64,000 nt of DNA from Auanema rhodensis (taxonomy: Eukaryota > Animalia > Nematoda). Below the pieces are notes generated by a model. The model was not told where the DNA came from, ran no database searches, and saw nothing but the letters and a program-made list of their open reading frames with translations. Below, one piece after another: positions 39,901 to 54,900 of the stretch. Position 1 is the stretch's first letter. Every line of letters starts with the position of its first letter. The position numbers and the translations under genes were made by a program. The stretch covers positions 23,374,001 to 23,438,000 of the forward strand of contig OZ059895.1 in the NCBI GenBank assembly GCA_964057225.1. The letters are read 5' to 3'.

Positions 39901-42900
39901 TATTTTGAAATTTTTCGAAAAAATTTTTGTCAAAATGTTTTTAGAAGCAATGTTGAGTGTACATGGAAACTCAACATACACTAATGCATCATTTTTCAAA
40001 CGATCATAACTAATTTTTGTATTAAGCGTTTCTCAATGTAGTATAGTGCATTCGATGCGGATTTTTAAGCTGCAATGATCTGTGTTATCAGATTTGCGCT
40101 AGCTTAAAAATGCACCGAGATATCAACTGATATAAGTTCACACTTATATCCTCGATTTTCACCCTGAAGAATTAATTTTTTCGTTGAATAACAATGTCCA
40201 TCGTCTTTGCCTTGAAAAAAGAAATCTAAAAACATCTACTTTTTGCTAAATTATTTTGAAATTTTTCGAAAAAATTTTTGTCAAAATGTTTTTGGAAGCA
40301 ATGTTGAGTGTACATGGAAACTCAACATACACTAATGCATCATTTTTCAAACGATCATAACTAATTTTTGTATTAAGCGTTTCTCAATGTAGTATAGTGC
40401 ATTCGATGCAGATTTTTAAGCTGCGTCGATCTGTGTTATCAGATTTGCGCTAGCTTAAAAATGCACCGAGATATCAACTGATATATGTTCACACTTATAT
40501 CCTCGATTTTCACCCTGAAGAATTAATTTTTTCGTTGAATAACAATGTCCATCGTCTTTGCCTTGAAAAAAGGAATCTAAAAACATCTACTTTTTGCTAA
40601 ATTATTTTGAAATTTTTCGAAAAAATTTTTGTCAAAATGTTTTTGGAAGCAATGTTGAGTGTACATGGAAACTCAACATACACTAATGCATCATTTTTCA
40701 AACGATCATAACTAATTTTTGAATTAAGCGTTTCTCAATGTAGTATAGTGCATTCGATGCGGATTTTTAAGCTGCGTCGTTCTGTGTTATCAGATTTGCG
40801 CTAGCTTAAAAATGCACCGAGATATCAACTGATATAAGTTCACACTTATATCCTCGATTTTCACCCTGAAGAATTAATTTTTTCGTTGAATAACAATGTC
40901 CATCGTCTTTGCCTTGAAAAAAGAAATCTAAAAACATCTACTTTTTGCTAAATTATTTTGAAATTTTTCGAAAAAATTTTTGTCAAAATGTTTTTAGAAG
41001 CAATGTTGAGTGTACATGGAAACTCAACATACACTAATGCATCATTTTTCAAACGATCATAACTAATTTTTGTATTAAGCGTTTCTCAATGTAGTATAGT
41101 GCATTCGATGCGGATTTTTAAGCTGCAATGATCTGTGTTATCAGATTTGCGCTAGCTTAAAAATGCACCGAGATATCAACTGATATAAGTTCACACTTAT
41201 ATCCTCGATTTTCACCCTGAAGAATTAATTTTTTCGTTGAATAACAATGTCCATCGTCTTTGCCTTGAAAAAAGAAATCTAAAAACATCTACTTTTTGCT
41301 AAATTATTTTGAAATTTTTCGAAAAAATTTTTGTCAAAATGTTTTTGGAAGCAATGTTGAGTGTACATGGAAACTCAACATACACTAATGCATCATTTTT
41401 CAAACGATCATAACTAATTTTTGTATTAAGCGTTTCTCAATGTAGTATAGTGCATTCGATGCGGATTTTTAAGCTGCAATGATCTGTGTTATCAGATTTG
41501 CGCTAGCTTAAAAATGCACCGAGATATCAACTGATATATGTTCACACTTATATCCTCGATTTTCACCCTGAAGAATTAATTTTTTCGTTGAATAACAATG
41601 TTCATCGTCTTTGCCTTGAAAAAAGGAATCTAAAAACATCTACTTTTTGCTAAATTATTTTGAAATTTTTCGAAAAAATTTTTGTCAAAATGTTTTTGGA
41701 AGCAATGTTGAGTGTACATGGAAACTCAACATACACTAATGCATCATTTTTCAAACGATCATAACTAATTTTTGTATTAAGCGTTTCTCAATGTAGTATA
41801 GTGCATTCGATGCGGATTTTTAAGCTGCGTCGATCTGTGTTATCAGATTTGCGCTAGCTTAAAAATGCACCGAGATATCAACTGATATAAGTTCACACTT
41901 ATATCCTCGATTTTCACCCTGAAGAATTAATTTTTTCGTTGAATAACAATGTTCATCGTCTTTGCCTTGAAAAAAGGAATCTAAAAACATCTACTTTTTG
42001 CTAAATTATTCTGAAATTTTTCGAAAAAATTTTTGTCAAAATGTTTTTGGAAGCAATGTTGAGTGTACATGGAAACTCAACATACACTAATGCATCATTT
42101 TTCAAACGATCATAACTAATTTTTGTATTAAGCGTTTCTCAATGTAGTATAGTGCATTCGATGCGGATTTTTAAGCTGCGTCGATCTGTGTTATCAGATT
42201 TGCGCTAGCTTAAAAATGCACCGAGATATCAACTGATATAAGTTCACACTTATATCCTCGATTTTCACCCTGAAGAATTAATTTTTTCGTTGAATAACAT
42301 CGTCCATCGTCTTTGCCTTAAAAAAAGGAATCTAAAAACATCTACTTTTTGCTAAATTATCTTGAAATTTTTTGAAAAAATTTTTGTCAAAATGTTTTTG
42401 GAAGCAATGTTGAGTGTACATGGAAACTCAACATACACTAATGCATCATTTTTCAAACGATCATAACTAATTTTTGTATTGAGCGTTTCTCAATGTAGTA
42501 TAGTGCATTCGATGCGGATTTTTAAGCTGCGTCGATCTGTTTTATCAGATTTGCGCTAGCTTAAAAATGCACCGAGATATCAACTGATATAAGTTCACAC
42601 TTATATCCTCGATTTTCACCCTGAAGAATTGATTTTTTCGTTGAATAACAATGTCCATCGTCTTTGCCTTGAAAAAACAAATCTAAAAACATCTACTTTT
42701 TGCTAAATTATTTTGAAATTTTTCGAAAAAATTTTTGTCAAAATGTTTTTGGAAGCAATGTTGAGTGTACATGGAAACTCAACATACACTAATGCATCAT
42801 TTTTCAAACGATCATAACTAATTTTTGTATCAAGCGTTTCTCAATGTAGTATAGTGCATTCGATGCGGATTTTTAAGCTGCGTCGATCTGTTTTATCAGA

Positions 42901-45900
42901 TTTGCGCTAGCTTAAAAATGCACCGAGATATCAACTGATATAAGTTCACACTTATATCCTCGATTTTCACCCTGAAGAATTAATTTTTTCGTTGAATAAC
43001 AATGTCCATCGTCTTTGCCTTGAAAAAAGGAATCTAAAAACATCTACTTTTTGCTAAATTATTTTGAAATTTTTCGAAAAAATTTTTGTCAAAATGTTTT
43101 TGGAAGCAATGTTGAGTGTACATGGAAACTCAACATACACTAATGCATCATTTTTCAAACGATCATAACTAATTTTCGTATTAAGCGTTTCTCAATGTAG
43201 TATAGTGCATTCGATGCGAATTTTTAAGCTGCGTCGATCTGTGTTATCAGATTTGCGCTAGCTTAAAAATGCACCGAGATATCAACTGATATATGTTCAC
43301 ACTTATATCCTCGATTTTCACCCTGAAGAATTAATTTTTTCGTTGAATAACAATGTCCATCGTCTTTGCCTTGAAAAAAGGAATCTAAAAACATCTACTT
43401 TTTGCTAAATTATTTTGAAATTTTTCGAAAAAATTTTTGTCAAAATGTTTTTGGAAGCAATGTTGAGTGTACATGGAAACTCAACATACACTAATGCATC
43501 ATTTTTCAAACGATCATAACTAATTTTTGTATTAAGCGTTTCTCAATGTAGTATAGTGCATTCGATGCGGATTTTTAAGCTGCAATGATCTGTGTTATCA
43601 GATTTGCGCTAGCTTAAAAATGCACCGAGATATCAACTGATATATGTTCACACTTATATCCTCGATTTTCACCCTGAAGAATTAATTTTTTCGTTGAATA
43701 ACAATGTTCATCGTCTTTGCCTTGAAAAAAGGAATCTAAAAACATCTACTTTTTGCTAAATTATTTTGAAATTTTTCGAAAAAACTTTTGTCAAAATGTT
43801 TTTGGAAGCAATGTTGAGTGTACATGGAAACTCAACATACACTAATGCATCATTTTTCAAACGATCATAACTAATTTTTGTATTAAGCGTTTCTCAATGT
43901 AGTATAGTGCATTCGATGCGGATTTTTAAGCTGCGTCGATCTGTGTTATCAGATTTGCGCTAGCTTAAAAATGCACCGAGATATCAACTGATATAAGTTC
44001 ACACTTATATCCTCGATTTTCACCCTGAAGAATTAATTTTTTCGTTGAATAACAATGTTCATCGTCTTTGCCTTGAAAAAAGGAATCTAAAAACATCTAC
44101 TTTTTGCTAAATTATTCTGAAATTTTTCGAAAAAATTTTTGTCAAAATGTTTTTGGAAGCAATGTTGAGTGTACATGGAAACTCAACATACACTAATGCA
44201 TCATTTTTCAAACGATCATAACTAATTTTTGTATTAAGCGTTTCTCAATGTAGTATAGTGCATTCGATGCGGATTTTTAAGCTGCGTCGATCTGTGTTAT
44301 CAGATTTGCGCTAGCTTAAAAATGCACCGAGATATCAACTGATATAAGTTCACACTTATATCCTCGATTTTCACCCTGAAGAATTAATTTTTTCGTTGAA
44401 TAACATCGTCCATCGTCTTTGCCTTAAAAAAAGGAATCTAAAAACATCTACTTTTTGCTAAATTATCTTGAAATTTTTTGAAAAAATTTTTGTCAAAATG
44501 TTTTTGGAAGCAATGTTGAGTGTACATGGAAACTCAACATACACTAATGCATCATTTTTCAAACGATCATAACTAATTTTTGTATTAAGCGTTTCTCAAT
44601 GTAGTATAGTGCATTCGATGCGGATTTTTAAGCTGCGTCGATCTGTGTTATCAGATTTGCGCTAGCTTAAAAATGCACCGAGATATCAACTGATATATGT
44701 TCACACTTATATCCTCGATTTTCACCCTGAAGAATTAATTTTTTCGTTGAATAACAATGTACATCGTCTTTGCCTTGAAAAAAGGAATCTAAAAACATCT
44801 ACTTTTTGCTAAATTATTTTGAAATTTTTCGAAAAAACTTTTGTCAAAATGTTTTTGGAAGCAATGTTGAGTGTACATGGAAACTCAACATACACTAATG
44901 CATCATTTTTCAAACGATCATAACTAATTTTTGTATTAAGCGTTTCTCAATGTAGTATAGTGCATTCGATGCGGATTTTTAAGCTGCGTCGATCTGTGTT
45001 ATCAGATTTGCGCTAGCTTAAAAATGCACCGAGATATCAACTGATATAAGTTCACACTTATATCCTCGATTTTCACCCTGAAGAATTAATTTTTTCGTTG
45101 AATAACAATGTTCATCGTCTTTGCCTTGAAAAAAGGAATCTAAAAACATCTACTTTTTGCTAAATTATTCTGAAATTTTTCGAAAAAATTTTTGTCAAAA
45201 TGTTTTTGGAAGCAATGTTGAGTGTACATGGAAACTCAACATACACTAATGCATCATTTTTCAAACGATCATAACTAATTTTTGTATTAAGCGTTTCTCA
45301 ATGTAGTATAGTGCATTCGATGCGGATTTTTAAGCTGCGTCGATCTGTGTTATCAGATTTGCGCTAGCTTAAAAATGCACCGAGATATCAACTGATATAA
45401 GTTCACACTTATATCCTCGATTTTCACCCTGAAGAATTAATTTTTTCGTTGAATAACATCGTCCATCGTCTTTGCCTTAAAAAAAGGAATCTAAAAACAT
45501 CTACTTTTTGCTAAATTATCTTGTAATTTTTTGAAAAAATTTTTGTCAAAATGTTTTTGGAAGCAATGTTGAGTGTACATGGAAACTCAACATACACTAA
45601 TGCATCATTTTTCAAACGATCATAACTAATTTTTGTATTGAGCGTTTCTCAATGTAGTATAGTGCATTCGATGCGGATTTTTAAGCTGCGTCGATCTGTG
45701 TTATCAGATTTGCGCTAGCTTAAAAATGCACCGAGATATCAACTGATATAAGTTCACACTTATATCCTCGATTTTCACCCTGAAGAATTAATTTTTTCGT
45801 TGAATAACAATGTCCATCGTCTTTGCCTTGAAAATAGGAATCTAAAAACATCTACTTTTTGCTAAATTATTTTGAAATTTTTCGAAAAAACTTTTGTCAA

Positions 45901-48900
45901 AATGTTTTTGGAAGCAATGTTGAGTGTACATGGAAACTCAACATACACTAATGCATCATTTTTCAAACGATCATAACTAATTTTTGTATTAAGCGTTTCT
46001 CAATGTAGTATAGTGCATTCGATGCGGATTTTTAAGCTGCGTCGATCTGTGTTATCAGATTTGCGCTAGCTTAAAAATGCACCGAGATATCAACTGATAT
46101 AAGTTCACACTTATATCCTCGATTTTCACCCTGAAGAATTAATTTTTTCGTTGAATAACAATGTTCATCGTCTTTGCCTTGAAAAAAGGAATCTAAAAAC
46201 ATCTACTTTTTGCTAAATTATTCTGAAATTTTTCGAAAAAATTTTTGTCAAAATGTTTTTGGAAGCAATGTTGAGTGTACATGGAAACTCAACATACACT
46301 AATGCATCATTTTTCAAACGATCATAACTAATTTTTGTATTAAGCGTTTCTCAATGTAGTATAGTGCATTCGATGCGGATTTTTAAGCTGCGTCGATCTG
46401 TGTTATCAGATTTGCGCTAGCTTAAAAATGCACCGAGATATCAACTGATATATGTTCACACTTATATCCTCGATTTTCACCCTGAAGAATTAATTTTTTC
46501 GTTGAATAACATCGTCCATCGTCTTTGCCTTAAAAAAAGGAATCTAAAAACATCTACTTTTTGCTAAATTATTTTGAAATTTTTCGAAAAAATTTTTGTC
46601 AAAATGTTTTTGGAAGCAATGTTGAGTGTACATGGAAACTCAACATACACTAATGCATCATTTTTCAAACGATCATAACTAATTTTTGTATTAAGCGTTT
46701 CTCAATGTAGTATAGTGCATTCGATGCGGATTTTTAAGCTGCGTCGATCTGTTTTATCAGATTTGCGCTAGCTTAAAAATGCACCGAGATATCAACTGAT
46801 ATAAGTTCACACTTATATCCTCGATTTTCACCCTGAAGAATTAATTTTTTCGTTGAATAACAATGTCCATCGTCTTTGCCTTGAAAAAAGAAATCTAAAA
46901 ACATCTACTTTTTGCTAAATTATTTTGAAATTTTTCGAAAAAATTTTTGTCAAAATGTTTTTAGAAGTAATGTTGAGTGTACATGGAAACTCAACATACA
47001 CTAATGCATCATTTTTCAAACGATCATAACTAATTTTTGTATTAAGCGTTTCTCAATGTAGTATAGTGCATTCGATGCGGATTTTTAAGCTGCGTCGATC
47101 TGTTTTATCAGATTTGCGCTAGCTTAAAAATGCACCGAGATATCAACTGATATAAGTTCACACTTATATCCTCGATTTTCACCCTGAAGAATTAATTTTT
47201 TCGTTGAATAACAATGTCCATCGTCTTTGCCTTGAAAAAAGGAATCTAAAAACATCTACTTTTTGCTAAATTATTTTGAAATTTTTCGAAAAAATTTTTG
47301 TCAAAATGTTTTTGGAAGCAATGTTGAGTGTACATGGAAACTCAACATACACTAATGCATCATTTTTCAAACGATCATAACTAATTTTCGTATTAAGCGT
47401 TTCTCAATGTAGTATAGTGCATTCGATGCGGATTTTTAAGCTGCGTCGATCTGTGTTATCAGATTTGCGCTAGCTTAAAAATGCACCGAGATATCAACTG
47501 ATATATGTTCACACTTATATCCTCGATTTTCACCCTGAAGAATTAATTTTTTCGTTGAATAACAATGTCCATCGTCTTTGCCTTGAAAAAAGGAATCTAA
47601 AAACATCTACTTTTTGCTAAATTATTTTGAAATTTTTCGAAAAAATTTTTGTCAAAATGTTTTTGGAAGCAATGTTGAGTGTACATGGAAACTCAACATA
47701 CACTAATGCATCATTTTTCAAACGATCATAACTAATTTTTGTATTAAGCGTTTCTCAATGTAGTATAGTGCATTCGATGCGGATTTTTAAGCTGCGTCGT
47801 TCTGTGTTATCAGATTTGCGCTAGCTTAAAAATGCACCGAGATATCAACTGATATAAGTTCACACTTATATCCTCGATTTTCACCCTGAAGAATTAATTT
47901 TTTCGTTGAATAACAATGTCCATCGTCTTTGCCTTGAAAAAAGAAATCTAAAAACATCTACTTTTTGCTAAATTATTTTGAAATTTTTCGAAAAAATTTT
48001 TGTCAAAATGTTTTTAGAAGTAATGTTGAGTGTACATGGAAACTCAACATACACTAATGCATCATTTTTCAAACGATCATAACTAATTTTTGTATTAAGC
48101 GTTTCTCAATGTAGTATAGTGCATTCGATGCGGATTTTTAAGCTGCAATGATCTGTGTTATCAGATTTGCGCTAGCTTAAAAATGCACCGAGATATCAAC
48201 TGATATAAGTTCACACTTATATCCTCGATTTTCACCCTGAAGAATTAATTTTTTCGTTGAATAACAATGTCCATCGTCTTTGCCTTGAAAAAAGAAATCT
48301 AAAAACATCTACTTTTTGCTAAATTATTTTGAAATTTTTCGAAAAAATTTTTGTCAAAATGTTTTTGGAAGCAATGTTGAGTGTACATGGAAACTCAACA
48401 TACACTAATGCATCATTTTTCAAACGATCATAACTAATTTTTGTATTAAGCGTTTCTCAATGTAGTATAGTGCATTCGATGCGGATTTTTAAGCTGCAAT
48501 GATCTGTGTTATCAGATTTGCGCTAGCTTAAAAATGCACCGAGATATCAACTGATATAAGTTCACACTTATATCCTCGATTTTCACCCTGAAGAATTAAT
48601 TTTTTCGTTGAATAACAATGTTCATCGTCTTTGCCTTGAAAAAAGGAATCTAAAAACATCTACTTTTTGCTAAATTATTTTGAAATTTTTCGAAAAAACT
48701 TTTGTCAAAATGTTTTTGGAAGCAATGTTGAGTGTACATGGAAACTCAACATACACTAATGCATCATTTTTCAAACGATCATAACTAATTTTTGTATTAA
48801 GCGTTTCTCAATGTAGTATAGTGCATTCGATGCGGATTTTTAAGCTGCGTCGATCTGTGTTATCAGATTTGCGCTAGCTTAAAAATGCACCGAGATATCA

Positions 48901-51900
48901 ACTGATATAAGTTCACACTTATATCCTCGATTTTCACCCTGAAGAATTAATTTTTTCGTTGAATAACAATGTTCATCGTCTTTGCCTTGAAAAAAGGAAT
49001 CTAAAAACATCTACTTTTTGCTAAATTATTCTGAAATTTTTCGAAAAAATTTTTGTCAAAATGTTTTTGGAAGCAATGTTGAGTGTACATGGAAACTCAA
49101 CATACACTAATGCATCATTTTTCAAACGATCATAACTAATTTTTGTATTAAGCGTTTATCAATGTAGTATAGTGCATTCGATGCGGATTTTTAAGCTGCG
49201 TCGATCTGTGTTATCAGATTTGCGCTAGCTTAAAAATGCACCGAGATATCAACTGATATAAGTTCACACTTATATCCTCGATTTTCACCCTGAAGAATTA
49301 ATTTTTTCGTTGAATAACATCGTCCATCGTCTTTGCCTTAAAAAAAGGAATCTAAAAACATCTACTTTTTGCTGAATTATCTTGAAATTTTTTGAAAAAA
49401 TTTTTGTCAAAATGTTTTTGGAAGCAATGTTGAGTGTACATGGAAACTCAACATACACTAATGCATCATTTTTCAAACGATCATAACTAATTTTTGTATT
49501 GAGCGTTTCTCAATGTAGTATAGTGCATTCGATGCGGATTTTTAAGCTGCGTCGATCTGTTTTATCAGATTTGCGCTAGCTTAAAAATGCACCGAGATAT
49601 CAACTGATATAAGTTCACACTTATATCCTCGATTTTCACCCTGAAGAATTAATTTTTTCGTTGAATAACAATGTTCATCGTCTTTGCCTTGAAAAAAGGA
49701 ATCTAAAAACATCTACTTTTTGCTAAATTATTTTGAAATTTTTCGAAAAAACTTTTGTCAAAATGTTTTTGGAAGCAATGTTGAGTGTACATGGAAACTC
49801 AACATACACTAATGCATCATTTTTCAAACGATCATAACTAATTTTTGTATTAAGCGTTTCTCAATGTAGTATAGTGCATTCGATGCGGATTTTTAAGCTG
49901 CGTCGATCTGTGTTATCAGATTTGCGCTAGCTTAAAAATGCACCGAGATATCAACTGATATAAGTTCACACTTATATCCTCGATTTTCACCCTGAAGAAT
50001 TAATTTTTTCGTTGAATAACAATGTTCATCGTCTTTGCCTTGAAAAAAGGAATCTAAAAACATCTACTTTTTGCTAAATTATTCTGAAATTTTTCGAAAA
50101 AATTTTTGTCAAAATGTTTTTGGAAGCAATGTTGAGTGTACATGGAAACTCAACATACACTAATGCATCATTTTTCAAACGATCATAACTAATTTTTGTA
50201 TTAAGCGTTTCTCAATGTAGTATAGTGCATTCGATGCGGATTTTTAAGCTGCGTCGATCTGTGTTATCAGATTTGCGCTAGCTTAAAAATGCACCGAGAT
50301 ATCAACTGATATAAGTTCACACTTATATCCTCGATTTTCACCCTGAAGAATTAATTTTTTCGTTGAATAACATCGTCCATCGTCTTTGCCTTAAAAAAAG
50401 GAATCTAAAAACATCTACTTTTTGCTGAATTATCTTGAAATTTTTTGAAAAAATTTTTGTCAAAATGTTTTTGGAAGCAATGTTGAGTGTACATGGAAAC
50501 TCAACATACACTAATGCATCATTTTTCAAACGATCATAACTAATTTTTGTATTGAGCGTTTCTCAATGTAGTATAGTGCATTCGATGCGGATTTTTAAGC
50601 TGCGTCGATCTGTTTTATCAGATTTGCGCTAGCTTAAAAATGCACCGAGATATCAACTGATATAAGTTCACACTTATATCCTCGATTTTCACCCTGAAGA
50701 ATTAATTTTTTCGTTGAATAACAATGTCCATCGTCTTTGCCTTGAAAAAACAAATCTAAAAACATCTACTTTTTGCTAAATTATTTTGAAATTTTTCGAA
50801 AAAATTTTTGTCAAAATGTTTTTGGAAGCAATGTTGAGTGTACATGGAAACTCAACATACACTAATGCATCATTTTTTAAACGATCATAACTAATTTTTG
50901 TATTAAGCGTTTCTCAATGTAGTATAGTGCATTCGATGCGGATTTTTAAGCTGCGTCGATCTGTTTTATCAGATTTGCGCTAGCTTAAAAATGCACCGAG
51001 ATATCAACTGATATAAGTTCACACTTATATCCTCGATTTTCACCCTGAAGAATTAATTTTTTCGTTGAATAACAATGTCCATCGTCTTTGCCTTGAAAAA
51101 AGGAATCTAAAAACATCTACTTTTTGCTAAATTATTTTGAAATTTTTCGAAAAAATTTTTGTCAAAATGTTTTTGGAAGCAATGTTGAGTGTACATGGAA
51201 ACTCAACATACACTAATGCATCATTTTTCAAACGATCATAACTAATTTTTGTATTAAGCGTTTCTCAATGTAGTATAGTGCATTCGATGCGGATTTTTAA
51301 GCTGCGTCGATCTGTGTTATCAGATTTGCGCTAGCTTAAAAATGCACCGAGATATCAACTGATATATGTTCACACTTATATCCTCGATTTTCACCCTGAA
51401 GAATTAATTTTTTCGTTGAATAACAATGTCCATCGTCTTTGCCTTGAAAAAAGGAATCTAAAAACATCTACTTTTTGCTAAATTATTTTGAAATTTTTCG
51501 AAAAAATTTTTGTCAAAATGTTTTTGGAAGCAATGTTGAGTGTACATGGAAACTCAACATACACTAATGCATCATTTTTCAAACGATCATAACTAATTTT
51601 TGTATTAAGCGTTTCTCAATGTAGTATAGTGCATTCGATGCGGATTTTTAAGCTGCGTCGTTCTGTGTTATCAGATTTGCGCTAGCTTAAAAATGCACCG
51701 AGATATCAACTGATATAAGTTCACACTTATATCCTCGATTTTCACCCTGAAGAATTAATTTTTTCGTTGAATAACAATGTCCATCGTCTTTGCCTTGAAA
51801 AAAGAAATCTAAAAACATCTACTTTTTGCTAAATTATTTTGAAATTTTTCGAAAAAATTTTTGTCAAAATGTTTTTAGAAGTAATGTTGAGTGTACATGG

Positions 51901-54900
51901 AAACTCAACATACACTAATGCATCATTTTTCAAACGATCATAACTAATTTTTGTATTAAGCGTTTCTCAATGTAGTATAGTGCATTCGATGCGGATTTTT
52001 AAGCTGCAATGATCTGTGTTATCAGATTTGCGCTAGCTTAAAAATGCACCGAGATATCAACTGATATAAGTTCACACTTATATCCTCGATTTTCACCCTG
52101 AAGAATTAATTTTTTCGTTGAATAACAATGTCCATCGTCTTTGCCTTGAAAAAAGAAATCTAAAAACATCTACTTTTTGCTAAATTATTTTGAAATTTTT
52201 CGAAAAAATTTTTGTCAAAATGTTTTTGGAAGCAATGTTGAGTGTACATGGAAACTCAACATACACTAATGCATCATTTTTCAAACGATCATAACTAATT
52301 TTTGTATTAAGCGTTTCTCAATGTAGTATAGTGCATTCGATGCGGATTTTTAAGCTGCGTCGATCTGTGTTATCAGATTTGCGCTAGCTTAAAAATGCAC
52401 CGAGATATCAACTGATATATGTTCACACTTATATCCTCGATTTTCACCCTGAAGAATTAATTTTTTCGTTGAATAACAATGTCCATCGTCTTTGCCTTGA
52501 AAAAAGAAATCTAAAAACATCTACTTTTTGCTAAATTATTTTGAAATTTTTCGAAAAAATTTTTGTCAAAATGTTTTTAGAAGTAATGTTGAGTGTACAT
52601 GGAAACTCAACATACACTAATGCATCATTTTTCAAACGATCATAACTAATTTTTGTATTAAGCGTTTCTCAATGTAGTATAGTGCATTCGATGCGGATTT
52701 TTGAGCTGCAATGATCTGTGTTATCAGATTTGCGCTAGCTTAAAAATGCACCGAGATATCAACTGATATATGTTCACACTTATATCCTCGATTTTCACCC
52801 TGAAGAATTAATTTTTTCGTTGAATAACAATGTCCATCGTCTTTGCCTTGAAAAAAGGAATCTAAAAACATCTACTTTTTGCTAAATTATTTTGAAATTT
52901 TTCGAAAAAATTTTTGTCAAAATGTTTTTGGAAGCAATGTTGAGTGTACATGGAAACTCAACATACACTAATGCATCATTTTTCAAACGATCATAACTAA
53001 TTTTTGTATTAAGCGTTTCTCAATGTAGTATAGTGCATTCGATGCGGATTTTTAAGCTGCGTCGTTCTGTGTTATCAGATTTGCGCTAGCTTAAAAATGC
53101 ACCGAGATATCAACTGATATAAGTTCACACTTATATCCTCGATTTTGACCCTGAAGAATTAATTTTTTCGTTGAATAACAATGTCCATCGTCTTTGCCTT
53201 GAAAAAAGAAATCTAAAAACATCTACTTTTTGCTAAATTATTTTGAAATTTTTCGAAAAAATTTTTGTCAAAATGTTTTTAGAAGTAATGTTGAGTGTAC
53301 ATGGAAACTCAACATACACTAATGCATCATTTTTCAAACGATCATAACTAATTTTTGTATTAAGCGTTTCTCAATGTAGTATAGTGCATTCGATGCGGAT
53401 TTTTAAGCTGCAATGATCTGTGTTATCAGATTTGCGCTAGCTTAAAAATGCACCGAGATATCAACTGATATAAGTTCACACTTATATCCTCGATTTTCAC
53501 CCTGAAGAATTAATTTTTTCGTTGAATAACAATGTCCATCGTCTTTGCCTTGAAAAAAGAAATCTAAAAACATCTACTTTTTGCTAAATTATTTTGAAAT
53601 TTTTCGAAAAAATTTTTGTCAAAATGTTTTTGGAAGCAATGTTGAGTGTACATGGAAACTCAACATACACTAATGCATCATTTTTCAAACGATCATAACT
53701 AATTTTTGTATTAAGCGTTTCTCAATGTAGTATAGTGCATTCGATGCGGATTTTTAAGCTGCAATGATCTGTGTTATCAGATTTGCGCTAGCTTAAAAAT
53801 GCACCGAGATATCAACTGATATAAGTTCACACTTATATCCTCGATTTTCACCCTGAAGAATTAATTTTTTCGTTGAATAACAATGTCCATCGTCTTTGCC
53901 TTGAAAAAAGAAATCTAAAAACATCTACTTTTTGCTAAATTATTTTGAAATTTTTCGAAAAAATTTTTGTCAAAATGTTTTTGGAAGCAATGTTGAGTGT
54001 ACATGGAAACTCAACATACACTAATGCATCATTTTTCAAACGATCATAACTAATTTTTGTATTAAGCGTTTCTCAATGTAGTATAGTGCATTCGATGCGG
54101 ATTTTTAAGCTGCGTCGATCTGTGTTATCAGATTTGCGCTAGCTTAAAAATGCACCGAGATATCAACTGATATATGTTCACACTTATATCCTCGATTTTC
54201 ACCCTGAAGAATTAATTTTTTCGTTGAATAACAATGTCCATCGTCTTTGCCTTGAAAAAAGAAATCTAAAAACATCTACTTTTTGCTAAATTATTTTGAA
54301 ATTTTTCGAAAAAATTTTTGTCAAAATGTTTTTGGAAGCAATGTTGAGTGTACATGGAAACTCAACATACACTAATGCATCATTTTTCAAACGATCATAA
54401 CTAATTTTTGTATTAAGCGTTTCTCAATGTAGTATAGTGCATTCGATGCGGATTTTTAAGCTGCAATGATCTGTGTTATCAGATTTGCGCTAGCTTAAAA
54501 ATGCACCGAGATATCAACTGATATAAGTTCACACTTATATCCTCGATTTTCACCCTGAAGAATTAATTTTTTCGTTGAATAACAATGTCCATCGTCTTTG
54601 CCTTGAAAAAAGAAATCTAAAAACATCTACTTTTTGCTAAATTATTTTGAAATTTTTCGAAAAAATTTTTGTCAAAATGTTTTTGGAAGCAATGTTGAGT
54701 GTACATGGAAACTCAACATACACTAATGCATCATTTTTCAAACGATCATAACTAATTTTTGTATTAAGCGTTTCTCAATGTAGTATAGTGCATTCGATGC
54801 GGATTTTTAAGCTGCGTCGATCTGTGTTATCAGATTTGCGCTAGCTTAAAAATGCACCGAGATATCAACTGATATATGTTCACACTTATATCCTCGATTT

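Noticed and set aside
29285-49476. Two ORFs exactly 20,000 bp apart, suggesting an artefact
   Set aside because: The spacing equals 57x351 - 7, an arithmetic coincidence, and the two units differ in sequence.
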